This document shows, piece after piece, positions 47,680 through 61,222 of a stretch of DNA of 64,000 nt. Each line of letters begins with the position of its first letter. Position 1 is the first letter of the stretch. Origin of the DNA: Malacoraja senta (taxonomy: Eukaryota); contig JAXLNO010000385.1 in the NCBI GenBank assembly GCA_038087875.1, forward strand, positions 1,178,001-1,242,000. The letters are read 5' to 3'. The notes under the pieces were generated by a model. That model did not search any database. It was not told the DNA's origin and saw only the letters and a program-made list of their open reading frames with translations. The position numbers were made by a program, and so were the translations under genes.

Positions 47680-50600
47680 TTACAATTGTGTTGCACCATA
47701 TGATGCCAAAAAGACGTCAAATGGAGACCAACTCGTTATGAATTGGTCAGATTTATCTATTAGGAGGAATCGCATTTCCTCAAGATGTGCGGTGTGCAAC
47801 ATACTTGCAATCCACATTTTGAGCGTTGGTATTGGTGTATTTTTCCAAAATTTAAGTATTAATTTTTTTGCTATTATTAAACCATAATTAAAAAATAAAT
47901 TTTGAGATGAATTCAATTTATTCCCATCTTCCATTACCCCAAATATAATCAATTCATTATTAGGTTCCATTTTTATCTTAAATAATTTTGTAAATATTTC
48001 GAAAATATCACTCCAGAATCTATAAAGATTTATGCAGGAAACAAAAGAGTGTGTTATAGTTGCGTTTTGGGTTAAACACTTATCGCAAATGGGGGATATA
48101 TTTGGATAGAATTTATTTAATCTTCTTTTTGAATAATATAATCTATGTAAAATTTTTAATTGAACTAGATTATGTCTTCCATTAATCGAACATTTGTGAA
48201 TGTATATCAAATACTTTTCCCATGTAACCTTCGTAATTTTTATCATTAATTCCCGTTCCCACTCTTCTCTAAGTACCTCTGTCGATGGTAGGTCTATATT
48301 TAAAATACTATTATATAAATATGATATTAATTTTTGTGCGTCAGCTTTAATATTCATTGCTTCTTCCAATAAATCAGGAGTTATTTTTTGATGTCCTTGT
48401 ATGTATTTCTTCGTGAAATCGCAAATCTGAAGATATTTAAAATAATGGTTGTTTTTCAATTTAAATTTTAATTGTAATTGTTGAAATGATAATACATTTC
48501 CCATTTCATACATATCCCCGATCCTTTTAAATTCCTAAACTTTCCCATTGATTATATGTTTTGTCAATAAGAGATGGTTTAAATAAAGGATTATTCGCTA
48601 TTGGTATTAACAATGATAATTTTTTTAATTTTAAGGATAATTTTATTTGTTTCCATCTTCTCATTGTATCATGTATAATTGGGTTCTTCTTATATATTGT
48701 ATTGTTCAGTTTTTTCGGGGAGAAGAGGATCGTTCCTATATTACAAGGAAAACAATCCTCTTTCTCCATTTTTATCCATTCTGTCTGTTGGTAGAACTGT
48801 CCAACCAGTAAATTATATTCTTAATATGCACTGCCGAATAATAATACAGAAAATTCTGGAGTGAAAGTCCCCCGACATCTTTTGGTTTAAATACGTTTTT
48901 TTTTTTAAAAGTCCCCCGACATCTTTTGGTTTAAATACGTTGTGGTAGAAAGATCATTTTTATAGCATTTATTCTACCTATTAATGATAAAGGAAGTGTT
49001 TTCCAAAATTTAATCAGTATATTTAATAAAGGTATAACATTTGTTTAATAAAGGTATAAAATTAGCATTGAATAATGCTTTATATTTTCCAGTAATCTGA
49101 TTACCCAAATATTTAAATTTTTCTGTTGCTGTTTTAAAGGGGAACTTCAGTAAGTGTGTAGATTCTTGAGGTTTTAACGTCATGATTTCACTTTTATTCC
49201 AATTTATTCTATATCCAGAAAAGGACCCAAATTCCTCTATTAAGTTTAATAAATTTGGTATGCTCGTTTGCGATTTTGTAATATATAAAAGAATATCGTC
49301 TGCATATAATGAAATTTTATTATTTGAGTCCCTAGTATTATAACCCTGAATATTCGGATGACTTCTTATACTTTCAGCTAAAGGTTCTATCATAAGGGCA
49401 AATAGCAGGGGTGATAACGCCTATTACCCCTTGATAATTGAAATTTTTGAGATAACATATTATTAGTTAATATTCTTGCCATCGGTTTATCATATAATAA
49501 TTTTACCCATGTAATAAAATTCTCTCCCATATTAATTTTTTGCAATACTTTATATAAATACTGCAATTCTACCTGATCAAATGCTTTCTCTGCATCCAGA
49601 GAAATAATTGATATATCTTCTTCCTCCACTTTATCTGAGTACATTATATTAAACAGGCGTCGCAAATTATTAAATGAATATCTTTGGGTATAAACCCCAT
49701 TTGATCAGGGTTTATCAATTTACTAATATATTTGCTTAGTCTTCTTACTAAAGTCTTTGCTAGAATTTTCTGGTCTGTATTTAAAAGTGAAATCGCTCTA
49801 TATGAGCCCGGATCCTCTAAATCTTTATCTTTTTTTGGAATAAGCGTAATAGTTGATTCTGCTAATCTTTCAGGTAGTTTATTTTCTTTAAAAGCGTGAG
49901 TATATAAATTAAATAAATAAGGAGTCGTTATCTCATGATTTTTTAAATAAAATTCATTACTAAAACCGTCTGGTCCCGGTGTCTTACCATTTGTCAACGA
50001 TTTTATTGTTTCACCTATTTCTTCGATTGTAATTTAAGCTCCAAGTTCCTCTTACATAGATACATAGAAAATAGGTGCAGGAGTAGGCCATTCGGCCCTT
50101 CGAGCCTGCACCGCCATTCAATATGATCATGGCTGATCATCCAACTCAGTATCCCGTACCTGCCTTCTCTCCATACCCCCTGATCCCTTTAGCCACAAGG
50201 GCCACATCTAACTCCCTCTTAAATATAGCCAATGAACTGGCCTCAACTACCCTCTGTGGCAGAGAGTTCCAGAGATTCACCACTCTCTGTGTGAAAAAGT
50301 TTTTCCTCATCCCGGTTTTAAAGGATTTCCCCCTTATCCTTAAGCTGTGACCCCTTGTCCTGGACTTCCCCAACATCGGGAACAATCTTCCTGCATCTAG
50401 CCTGTCCAACCCCATAAGAATTTTGTACGTTTCTATAAGATCCCCTCTCAATCTCCTAAATTCTAGCGAGTATAAGCCAAGTCTATCCACTCTTTCTTCA
50501 TATGAAAGTCCTGACATCCCAGGAATCAGTCTGGTGAACCTTCTTTGCACTCCCTCTATGGCTATAATGTCCTTCCTCAGATTTGGGGCTATAATGTCCT

Positions 50601-51992
50601 TCCTCAGATTTGGGGCTATAATGTCCTTCCTCTTGTTCCAAAAGGTCAAGTTTTGGAAGATTACAATTATCTAAACATTTCTTGATTTTACTATCTTCTA
50701 TTTTAGTTTTTGATGTATATAAATTTTGATAAAATTGAGCAAATCTTTTATTAATATCTTTAGGTAGTGTTAGTAATTCACCTTTCTCTGATTTAATTTT
50801 ATTTATAGTATTTTATTTTTCTTGTTTTTCAGTTGACGAGCTAAAAGCTTATGTGGTTTGTCACCAAACTCAAAATGTTCCTGTATTATAATTTGGAATA
50901 ATCATATTACTCTTGCCGATAGAATTCGATTAAGTTTAAATTTCAGCAATATTATCTTATTATGTTTATCTATAGTGGAGTCTTTAGCATTATCTAACTC
51001 TAACTGTCTAAATTCTTGTTCTAGCAACATTTGTTCTGTCTTATTTTTTTATTTTGAAAAATTTCGTATGAAATTATAATTCCTCTAATAAATGCCTTAA
51101 AAGTTTCCCATAATAAAGAAGGCGAGGTACCTGGCATATCATTTGTATCAAAAAAAAGTTTCATTTGTTGTTTTAAATATTGATAACCTTGTATGTCATT
51201 TAAAATATGTGTATTAAACCGCCCCAAAAAATTTTTACCCAGCGTTCCCTCGAATTTTACTGAAAATGTCAGTGGAGAGTGATCAGAAATACTACTAATG
51301 TGGTACGTTGGATTAATTGTATATGGCATTAATTTCATATCCACTAAAAAATAATCAATTCTTGAATAAGTTTTATGTACCGAAGAGTAAAACGAGTATT
51401 CCCTTCCAGCTGGATTAGCAGATCTCCATACATCTATTATATTAGTATTTTTTATATATGTATTTAAAAGTTCACTAGTCTTAGATTTTAAATTACTCCT
51501 CTTTTGTTTTACTGATTTGTCTAGATACGGATCTAAAACACAATTGAAGTCCCCTCCTTTTATCACATTCTGATAATTAAACTCTGATATATCTATAATT
51601 TTATCAAAAAATTTGGGGTTGTCAAAGTACGGAGCGTAAATATTTATCATAGTTAGTGGGGTTGCATAAATTTCTCCCGAAACTATAATATACCTTCCCT
51701 CTTTATCTGATATAGTATTCTTTAATTTAAAAGGTATACCTTTTCGGATAAGAATAGCCGTACCTCTAGATTTAGAAGTAAATGACGAATAATATGTTTG
51801 ACCTATCCACTTCGCCTTTAATCTCATTTGTGTTTGTTGTTTCATGTGAGTTTCCTGTAAAAACATTATGTCGCTGTTCATAGATTTTAGTTGAGCAAAA
51901 ATTTTACCCCTCTTAATTGGTTCATTCGCACCCCTTATATTACAACTACAGAATGTAATTCCTCCATTCTTTATTTGTCTATCGTCTTGCAT
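47680..51992 (-). pseudogene. L1 ORF2p (APE endonuclease plus reverse transcriptase), disrupted
   Basis: NIRG, FLQETH, GDFN, SRIDY and SDHSP (51021-51992); PGPDGF, SLDAEKAFD and LYADDILL (49010-49997); CDKC...H...C (47680-48513). Confidence 0.92.
50054..50626 (-). mobile_element. CR1/HER1-type LINE 3' fragment nested in L1 ORF2
   Basis: ORF 50146-50649 reads IEGVQRRFTRLIPG...LEFRRLRGDLIETYKI...FFTQRVVNLWNSLP. The direct repeat TTCCTCTT flanks it at 50046-50053 and 50627-50634. Confidence 0.92.
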
Positions 51993-53046
51993 TATATATC
52001 AAAATAGTATTCCTGAATCATATGGTGCAACCAAATACCTCAGAGTTCTGGGTGTTGGGTGGTCGTGCCAAATGTTTAGATTTATATAGCATCTCCTTCT
52101 TGTATAGTGCCTTTGGAAAAGAAAAGAAAGAGTGATATAAAATTGATTACAAAAAAAGTGAGCGAATAAAAGTCTTTATAGTGAAAAAAAGTGCTCTTAA
52201 GATATCTAAGAAAGATATCTTAAAGACGAATGGCCACCTAAGGTGGCGAAAAATGTATAGAGTTCCGTTGATGTTGTTATACATTGAGCTCCAACTCCTT
52301 AATAGATCCTCATAAAAAGCTACAGACCGTTACATATTTTATCTTTGCTTATATAAATTTATCAAACCAGCCCCAATAAAAACCGAAAAAAATTAACAAA
52401 AAAAATCAAAGGGAGACATAAAAATGAAAAAAAACGAATATAAAACACAACCTAAGTTCAATTTTATAAGTATATATGCCTTTCCAATTTAGCTACCCTT
52501 AATCTAGTCTAAGCTTTACCATATATATCCACCCAGAATTCTTACACATACAAACAGGTACCAAGGGGTTAAACAAAACCTCACTACAGGATCTCTTCCA
52601 GTTATATGCTGCAACTAACTCCTACCCACACAACAACAAAAAAGGTTTGTTAGTAGTGTTATATACGTTTTAGTGACTTAAATCATAATTATATACACTC
52701 CCATTATCTCCTTCCCCCTCATGATTTATTCATGATTTATTCATATTTACTACATACATTCACAAATAATTAGTATTGATAAATCTGTTAAAGTCGTTAA
52801 TTATTTATAATTGGAGTATAATAATTAAAAATCTTCTTAAATCAGCAGATTTTCTATCCCATGTTGTTCCATGTCCATTATACATTCCTTCATTAATTCT
52901 GTGTCTTCAACGTCTTTTGTTTATCTTTAAGCTTTTCATTCAAGGTGAAATATAGACAGTACTCTCCCAAACACATTCCAGACAGATAAGCTTGCTAACT
53001 GTCAGGAAAATTCCGCCATATTAACCAGTCCTAAAAGTTAAACAGA

Positions 53047-54125
53047 TCATTCTTCATCCACTTCACCAGATGTTTTCTTTACGATATCCTCTGCACATTT
53101 AAAAGCTTTTTCGGGGTCTGTGAACGAGCGTACAGTGCCATTATGAGTAATCTTCATTTTAGCTGGATAAACAATTGCATATCTCACATCGCGTATCCCT
53201 TTCAGAATATTTATTGTCTGTGTAAACAAGTTCCTTCTCTGGACGACCTCCGGGGGGTAATCCCGGAAAAATCGAATATTATCCCCACGATATGTCAGAT
53301 TCTCCCCATGAGTATTTTTTTTCAATACAAATTCCACTGAAGAGATATCGAGGAATTTCACAATTATCTGTCTTGGAGGAGCATTTGCCTCTCTTGAAAC
53401 ACGTCCAACTCTGTGAGCGACATCTATTCTTGGTGCTCCCGGCAGTTCAAAAACATCTTTGAGTAAGTCAGTAACAAAAGTACATGTTTGAGATCCATGA
53501 TCCTCTCGTCCTTCTCACTCCAACAATTCTCAAATTCTGCCTTCTCGATCTTGCTTGCATGTCCAGACATTTATCCGTCATTTTTACGTTTTTCTTCTTC
53601 AGTTTTTTGTGATTTTTTCAAACTCTTTATTTCAGTGGCCATTACTTTCATTTCATTCTCCATCTCTTCCATTAACTCATCCAGCTTTCCCATATTATCC
53701 TTAACATCAGTGGATTTCTTATTATAGTCATTTGCGAGTCTAGCACATTCTAATTTGTTATCAGCCTCCTTATGTTGTTTATTCAGCTCCTTTAACTCAC
53801 CGTAAGCTGTATAAATTTTTTGAGAAATTCTCTCCATATTAGTCTCGATACTCTGCTTATTACTCTCCATATTAGACTCCATACACTGGATCTTTTCCAG
53901 TGCAGCATTGATTGTAGCAGACATTTCTAAAAGCATTTGCTTTACCTCCTTCTCCTTCTTGTCTCCTTTTGCAGCCATTTCAAGCACAGATCCTTGGCTG
54001 TCGAATTCTTCTTCTTCTGAGCCTTGTGAGCTTTCTTCTGTCGTTTGCAGAGTATCCAAGACTTTCTCGAGTTGGAGACTTATGGTGTTCTTCTTGGGTG
54101 CTCGTGAGCCTTTTTCTCTTCTCAT
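53047..54125 (-). pseudogene. L1 ORF1p (coiled coil plus RRM/CTD), frameshifted
   Basis: ORF 53571-54125 is a K/E/M-rich coiled coil. ORF 53047-53361 has IRFFRDYPPEV and YPAKMKITHNG, typical of the L1 ORF1 C-terminus. Confidence 0.85.
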
Positions 54126-54328
54126 TTAAAATTCCCGATTTTTAGCGTTAAACCCGTTTTTCGCGTCGCCTTCTGATGACGTCACCCTTACGCAACGCCA
54201 AGCAGCTCCGGTGAGTTTTTTAAATCGGTAATGATTTAGAAAACAGCTTTTTAACGGTTTTTAACAGTTGTTGCCGGAGAGGAGCTCAATGTGACGCCTT
54301 CAGTGCTCCATAGCGCCATCGGAAATCC

Positions 54329-54394
54329 GAACTCGAACTCGAGCGCGAACTCGAAATTCAACTAGAACTCGAACTCTATCTCGAACTCGAATTC

Positions 54395-54462
<68 letters not shown>

Positions 54463-57400
54463 ACTCGATCTCGAACACGATCTCGAACTCGTACTCGAAC
54501 TCGAAGTCGAACAAAATCTCGAACGAGAACTCTATCTCGAACTCCAACTCCAATTCCAATTCGAACGAACTCGATCTCGAACTCTTTCAGGAACACGATC
54601 TCGACCTCGAACACTATCTGGAACTCTAACTCTCCAGAACTATATGTCGAAATCACTCCCCAACTCGAACTCCAACTCTATCTCGAACTCGATCTCGAAC
54701 TCGAACTATGACGAACTCTCAATCGAACGCGAACACGAACTGGAATTCGAACTCGAACTCGAACTCTATCTCGAACTCTCTCTCGAACTCGAACTCGAAC
54801 TCGAACTCTCTCGAACGCGAACCAACTCCAACTCGAAATTGAACTCGAACTCTTTCACGAACTCTATCTCGAACTCGAAATAGAACTCGAACTCGAACTC
54901 GCATTCTAACTCGAACTATCTCGAACTCGAACTCTATCTCGAACTCGATCTCGAACTCGTACTCGAATTCGAACCCGAACTATAACTCGAACTCTATCTC
55001 TAACTCGAACTATCTCGAAGTCGAACTCTATTTCGAACTCGAACTCGAACTCGAACTCTCTCGAACGCGAACCAACTCCAACTCGAAATTGAACTCGAAC
55101 TCTTTCACGAACTCTATCTCGAACTCGAAATAGAACTCGAACTCGAACTCGCATTCTAACTCGAACTATCTCGAACTCGAACTCTATCTCGAACTCGATC
55201 TCGAACTCGTACTCGAATTCGAACCCGAACTATAACTCGAACTCGATCTCTAACTCGAACTATCTCGAACTCTATTTCGAACTCGAACTCGAACTCTCTC
55301 GAACGCGAATTCTATCTCGATTTCGAGGTTGATTTCTACTTGCGGGCGGTGCACCAAGGCAATTTCCTTGTTTGTGAATACTTGGCCAATAAACTTATTC
55401 ATTCATTCATTCATTCAACTCGAACTCGAGCTCGAACTTGAACTCGAACACGAATTCTATACCGAACACGATCTCGATCTCGAACTCAAATTCGAACTCT
55501 ATCTCGAACTCGAATTCGAACTCGAACTCTATCTTGAACTCTATCTCGAACTCTATCTCGAACTCGAACTCGAATTCGAACTCGAACTCTATCTCGAACT
55601 CTATCTCGAACTCTCTCGAACGCGAACTCGATCTTAAACTATCTCAAACTCGATCTCCAACTCGAACTTTATATTGAAATCGAACTCGAACTCTATCTTG
55701 AACTCGAACTATCTCCAGCTAAAACTCGAATCCGAACTCGAACTATCTCGACATCGAACTTTATCTCGAACTCGAAATCTATCTCGAACTCGAACTCGAA
55801 TTCGATCTCGAACACGTTGGATTTCGACTAACGGGCGGAGCACCAAGGCAAACACCTAGTATGTGAATACTTTGCCAATAAACATATTCATTCATTCATT
55901 CATTCATTCATTTAACACGAACTCGAGCTCAAACTTGAACTCGAACTCTATCACGAACTCTATCTCGAACTCGAACTTTATCTCCATCTCGAACTCGATC
56001 TCAAAATCGAGTTCGAGTTCGATTTGCGGGCGGAGCATCAAGGCAAATTCCTTGTATGTGAATACTTGGCCAATAAACTTATTCATTCATACATTCATTC
56101 ATTCATTCAGTCAACTCGAATCGAACTCGATCTCGAACTCGTACTCTATCACGAACTCGAACTCTCTCGAACTCGAACTCTTATCTCGAACTATCCCGAA
56201 CTATCTCGAACGCGAACTCGAACTCTATCTTGAACTCTATCTCCAGCTAAAACTCGAATTCGAACAAAATATCTCGGCCTCGAACTCTATCTGGAACTCG
56301 AAGTCTATCTCGAACCCGAACTCGAAATCGATCTCGAACTCGAACGAGTTGGATTTCGACTTACGGGCGGAGCATCAATGCAAATTCCTTGTTTGTGTAT
56401 ACTTGGCCAATAAACTTATTCATTCATTCATTCATTCATTCATTCATTCATTCATTCATTCATTCATTCAACTCGAACTCTCTCTCGAACTAAAACTCGA
56501 ACTCGAACTCGTACTCTATCTCGAACTCGAACTCTTTTCTCGAACTCGATCTCGAACTCTATCTCGAACTATCTCGAACGCAAACTCGATCTCGAACTCG
56601 AACCCGAACACTATCCTGATCTCAATCTCTATCTCGATCTCAAACTCTATCTCGAACTCGAACTCTATATCGAACTCGAACTATCTCGAACTCGAACTCT
56701 ATCTCGAACTCGAAATCTATTTCGAAATCTATCTCGAAGTCGAACTCTATCTCGAACTCGAAATTTATCTCGAAATTTATCTCGAACTCGAACTATCTCG
56801 AACTCGAAATTTATCTCGCAATCTATCTCGAACTCGAACTCTATCTGGAACTCTCTCTCGATCTCGAACTCGATCTCGATCTCTATCTCGATCTCGAACC
56901 CTATCTCGAACTCGAACTCTATCTCGAACTCGAGTTCGGGTTCGACTTTCGGGCGGAGCACAAAGGCAACAATCTTGGCCAATAAACTTGGTGAATAATT
57001 AGTCAATAAACTTATATATTCTTTCATTCATTCACCTCGAACTCGAACTCGAATTCTATCTCGAACTCTAACTCGAATTCGAACTCGAACTATATCTCGA
57101 ACTCTCTCTCTAACTAAAACTCGAACTCGAACTCGTAGTCTATCTCGAACTCGAACTCTTATCTCGAACTCGAACTCGAACTACCTCGAAATCTCTCTCG
57201 CTCGAACTCTATCTCGAACTATCTCGAATACGAACTCTATCTCGAACTCGATCTCGATCTCGAACTCGAATTCGAACTTGAACTCGAACTCTATCTTGAA
57301 CTCTAACTCTATCTCGAACTCGAAATCTATCTCGAAATATATCTCGAACTCTCTCTCGAACTCTCTCTCTCTCTCTCTCTCTAACTAAATCTCGAACTCG

Positions 57401-59680
57401 AACTCGTACTCTATCTCGAACTCGAACTCTCGTACTCGAACACTTATCTCGAACCCGAAATATATCGAACACTCTCTTGAACTTGAACTCTATCTCGAAC
57501 TCTATCTCGAAATATCTCGAACGCGAACTCTATCTCGAACTCGACCTCGATCTAGAACTCGAAATTTATCTTGAACTCGAACTCGAAATCTATCTTGAAC
57601 TCGAACTCTATTTCTAGCTAAAACTCGAATTTGAACTCGAACTCTATCTCGAACTCTATCTCGAACTATCTCGAACGCGAACTCGAACTCGAACTCGAGC
57701 TCTATCTTGAACTCGAACTCGAACTATCTTGAACTCGAACTCTATATGGAACTCTCTCTCTAACTCTAACTCTATCTCGATCTCTATCTCGATCTCGAAC
57801 TCTATCTCGAAGTCGAACTCAATCTCGAACTCGAGCTCTATTTCGAACTCGAAATTTATCTCGAAATCTATCTCGAACTCTCTCTCGAACTCGAACTCGA
57901 CCTCGATCTCGATCTCAATCTCGAACCCTATCTCGAACTCGAAATATCGCGAACTCGAGTTCGGGTTCGTCTTTCGGGCGGAGAACCAAGGCATAAATCT
58001 TGCCCAATAAACTTGGTGAATACTCAGTCAATAAACTAATACAATCTTTCATTCATTTAACTCGAACTCGAGCTCGAACGAACTCGAACTCGAATTCTAT
58101 CTCGAACGAACTCGAATTCTATCCCGAACTCGAACTCGAATTCGAACTCGAACTCTATCTCGATCTCTCTCTCTAACCAAAACTCGAACTCGAACTCGTA
58201 CTATATCTCGAACTCGAACTCTGATCTCGAACTCGAACTATCTCGAACTCGAACTCTATCTCGATCTATCTCGAACGCGAACTCGATCTAAAACTCGATC
58301 TGGAACTGGAACTCTATCTTGAACACGAACTCCATCTTGAACTCGAACTCTATCTCTAGCTAAAACTCGAATTCAAACTCGAACTCTATCTCGACCTCGA
58401 ACTCTATCTCGAACTCGAAATCTATCTCGAACTCGAACTCGAATTCGATCTCGAACTCGAGTTGGATTTCGACTTACGGGCGGAGCACCAAGGCAAATTC
58501 CTTGTATGTGAATACTTGGCCAATAAACGTATGCATTCATTCATTCATCCATTCATTCATTCATTCAACTCGAACTCGAACTCGAACTCTATCTCGAACT
58601 TGAACTCGAACTCAAAAGAATTTGAACTTGAACTCGAACTCTATCTTGAACTCGAACCAACTCCAACTCGAACATGAACTCGAACTCTAACTCTAATTCT
58701 ATCACGACTCGAACTCTATCTCTATCGACTTGCGGGCGGAGCACCAAGACAAACTCTTTGTATGTGAATACATGGCCAATAAACTTATGAATTTATTCAT
58801 TCATTCATTCCTTTATTTCGAACTCTCTCGAACTCTATCTTGAACTCGTACTCGAACTCGAGCTCGAATTGTATCTCGTACTCGAACTCTATCTCGAACT
58901 CGAACGCGAACTCCAACTCCAACTCCAAATCGAACTTCAACTCGAACTGTATCTCGAATTTTATCACGAACTCTATAACTATCTCGAACTCTTTCGCGAA
59001 CTCGAATACGAACTCGACCTCATATTCTATCTCGAACTCGAGTTGGAGTTCGACTTACGGGCGGAGCACCAAAGCAAATTCCTTGTATGCGAATACTTGG
59101 CCAGTAAACTTATTGATTCATTCATTCATTCATTCATTCATTCATTTAACTCTAACTCGAGCTCGAACTTGAACGCGAACGCGAACACTATCTCGAACTC
59201 GAACTCTATCACAAACTTTATCTCGAACTCGAAATCTATCTCGAATTCGAAATCTATCTCGAAATCTCTCTAGAACTCGAACTCTATCTCGAACTCGATC
59301 TCGAACTCGAATTCGAATTCGAACTCTAACGCTATCTCGAACTCTCTCCCAAACTCGAACTCGAACTCGATCTCGAACTCCAACTCCAACTCCAACTCCA
59401 ACTTGAACTCGAACTCTAACACGAACTCTATCACGAACTCCATCACGAACTCGAAAACTATCTATCTCGAAGTCGAGTTGGAGTTCAAGTTACGGGCGGA
59501 GCACCAAGGCAAATGACTTGTATGTGAATACTTGGCCAATAAACGTATTCATTCATTCATTCATTCATTCATTCATTTAACTCGAACTCGAGCTCGAACG
59601 AACTCTAACTCGAACTATCTCGAACTCGAATTCTATCTCGACCCTCAAATCTATCTCGAACTCGAACTCCAGCTCCAACT
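54329..59680 (+). repeat. (GAACTC)n/(TTCA)n core satellite
   Basis: About ten cores (~55340, 55830, 56022, 56360, 56945, 57972, 58472, 58728, 59053, 59490). Confidence 0.92.
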
Positions 59681-60945
59681 TGGATTTACGAAGGGTAAAT
59701 CATGCTTGATTAATCTACTGGAATTATTTGAAGATGTAACTAGGAAAATGGACAAGGAAGAGCCCGTGGATGTAGTGTGCCTGGACTTTCAGAAAGCATT
59801 TGATAAGGTCCCACATAGGAGATTAGTGGGCACAATTAGGGCACATGGTATTGGGGGTAGAGTGTTGACATGGATAGAGAAGTGGTTGGCAGACAGGAAA
59901 CAAAGAATAAGGATTAACGGGTCCCTTTCAGAATGGCAGGCAGTAACTAGTGGCGTACCGAAAGGCTCGGTGCTGCGACCTCAGTTATTTATAATATACA
60001 TCAATGATTTGGATGAAGGCATTCAAAGTAACATTAGACAATTTGCAGATAACACAAAGCTGGGTGGCAGTGTGAACTGAGCGGAGGATGCTATGAGAAT
60101 ACAGGGTGACTTGGACAGGTTGGGGAGTGGGCAGATGCATGGCAGATGAAGTTCAATTCGGATAAATGTGAGGTTATCAACTTTGGTAGCAAAAACAGGA
60201 AGGCAGATTTCTATTTAAATAGCGTCAAGTTGGGAAAAGAGGAAGTACAACGGGATCTGGGGGTCCTTGTACACCAGTCTATGAGAGTAAACATGCAGGT
60301 ACAGCAGGCAGTGAAGAAAGCGAATGGCATGTTGGCCTTTATAACAAGAGGAATCGAATATAGGAGCAAAGAGGTCCTTCTGCGGTTGTACAGAGCCCTA
60401 GTGAGACCACAACTGGAATATTGTGTGCAGTTTTGGTCCCCTAATTTGAGGAAGTACATTCTTGCTATTGAGGGAGTGCAGCGTAGTTAATTCCCAGGAT
60501 GGAGCAGCTGGGCTTGGACACTTTGGAGTTTAGAAGGATGAGAGGATATCTCATTGAAACATATAAGATTGTTAAGGGCTGGGACACGCTAGAGGCAGGA
60601 AATATGTTCCCGATGTTGGGGGAGTCCAGAACCATGGACCACAGTTTAAGAATAAGGTGTAAGCCATTTAGAACGGAGACGAGAAAACGCTTTTTCTCAC
60701 AGATAGTGGTGAGTCCGTGGAATTCTCTGCCTCAGCGGGCGGTGGAGGCAGGTTCTCTGGATGCTTTCAAGAGAGAGCTAGATAGGGATCTTAAAAATAG
60801 CGTAGTCAGGGGATATTGGGAGAACGCACGGGGTACTGATTTGGGATAATCAGCGATGATCACATTGAATGGCGGTGCTGGCTCGAAGGGCCAAATAGCC
60901 TACTCCTGCACCTATTGTCTATTATCTATTGTCTATTGTCTATTG
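59681..60945 (+). mobile_element. CR1/HER1-type LINE, 5'-truncated RT to 3' end
   Basis: GFTKGKSCLINLL, LDFQKAFDKVPH, SGVPKGSVL, YINDLD, FADNTKL and LVRPQLEYCVQFWSP, with tail (CTATTGT)n at ~60912-60945. Confidence 0.93.
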
Positions 60946-61166
60946 AACTCGAACTCGAATTCGAGTTTTAGCTAGAGATAGAGTTCGAGTTCAAGATAGA
61001 GTTCGAGTTACCTCTATCACGAATATCTTGAACTCGAACTCTAACTCGAACTATCACGAATATCCCGAATTCGAACTCGACTTGAGGGCGGAGCATCAAG
61101 GCAAATTCATTGTATGTGAATACATGGTCAATAAAGTTATTCATTCATTTATTCATGCATTCAGTC

Positions 61167-61222
<56 letters not shown>

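Larger units (their letters stand above)
47360..54328 (-). mobile_element. Near full-length L1-clade LINE (5' UTR, ORF1, ~1 kb inter-ORF spacer, ORF2 EN-RT-CCHC, 3' UTR), inactivated
   Basis: GC-richer 5' end GGATTTCCGATGGCG at 54328, then ORF1 pieces, EN, RT and zinc-knuckle pieces in order, ending in a T-run at 47360-47366. Confidence 0.93.

Noticed and set aside
47341..54347. TSD for the full-length L1 (CGAACTCGAACTCGA on both sides)
   Set aside because: It is simply the satellite monomer, and the bases adjacent to the poly(T) (ATTC vs GCGC) do not match.
34862..59680. Long ORFs encoding ELELEL, NSNSNS or RTRTRT and a recurring RAEHQGKFLVCEYLANK peptide
   Set aside because: The GAACTC hexamer has no stop in any frame, the core occurs in shifting frames, and there is no splice or codon evidence. 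These are translation artefacts.
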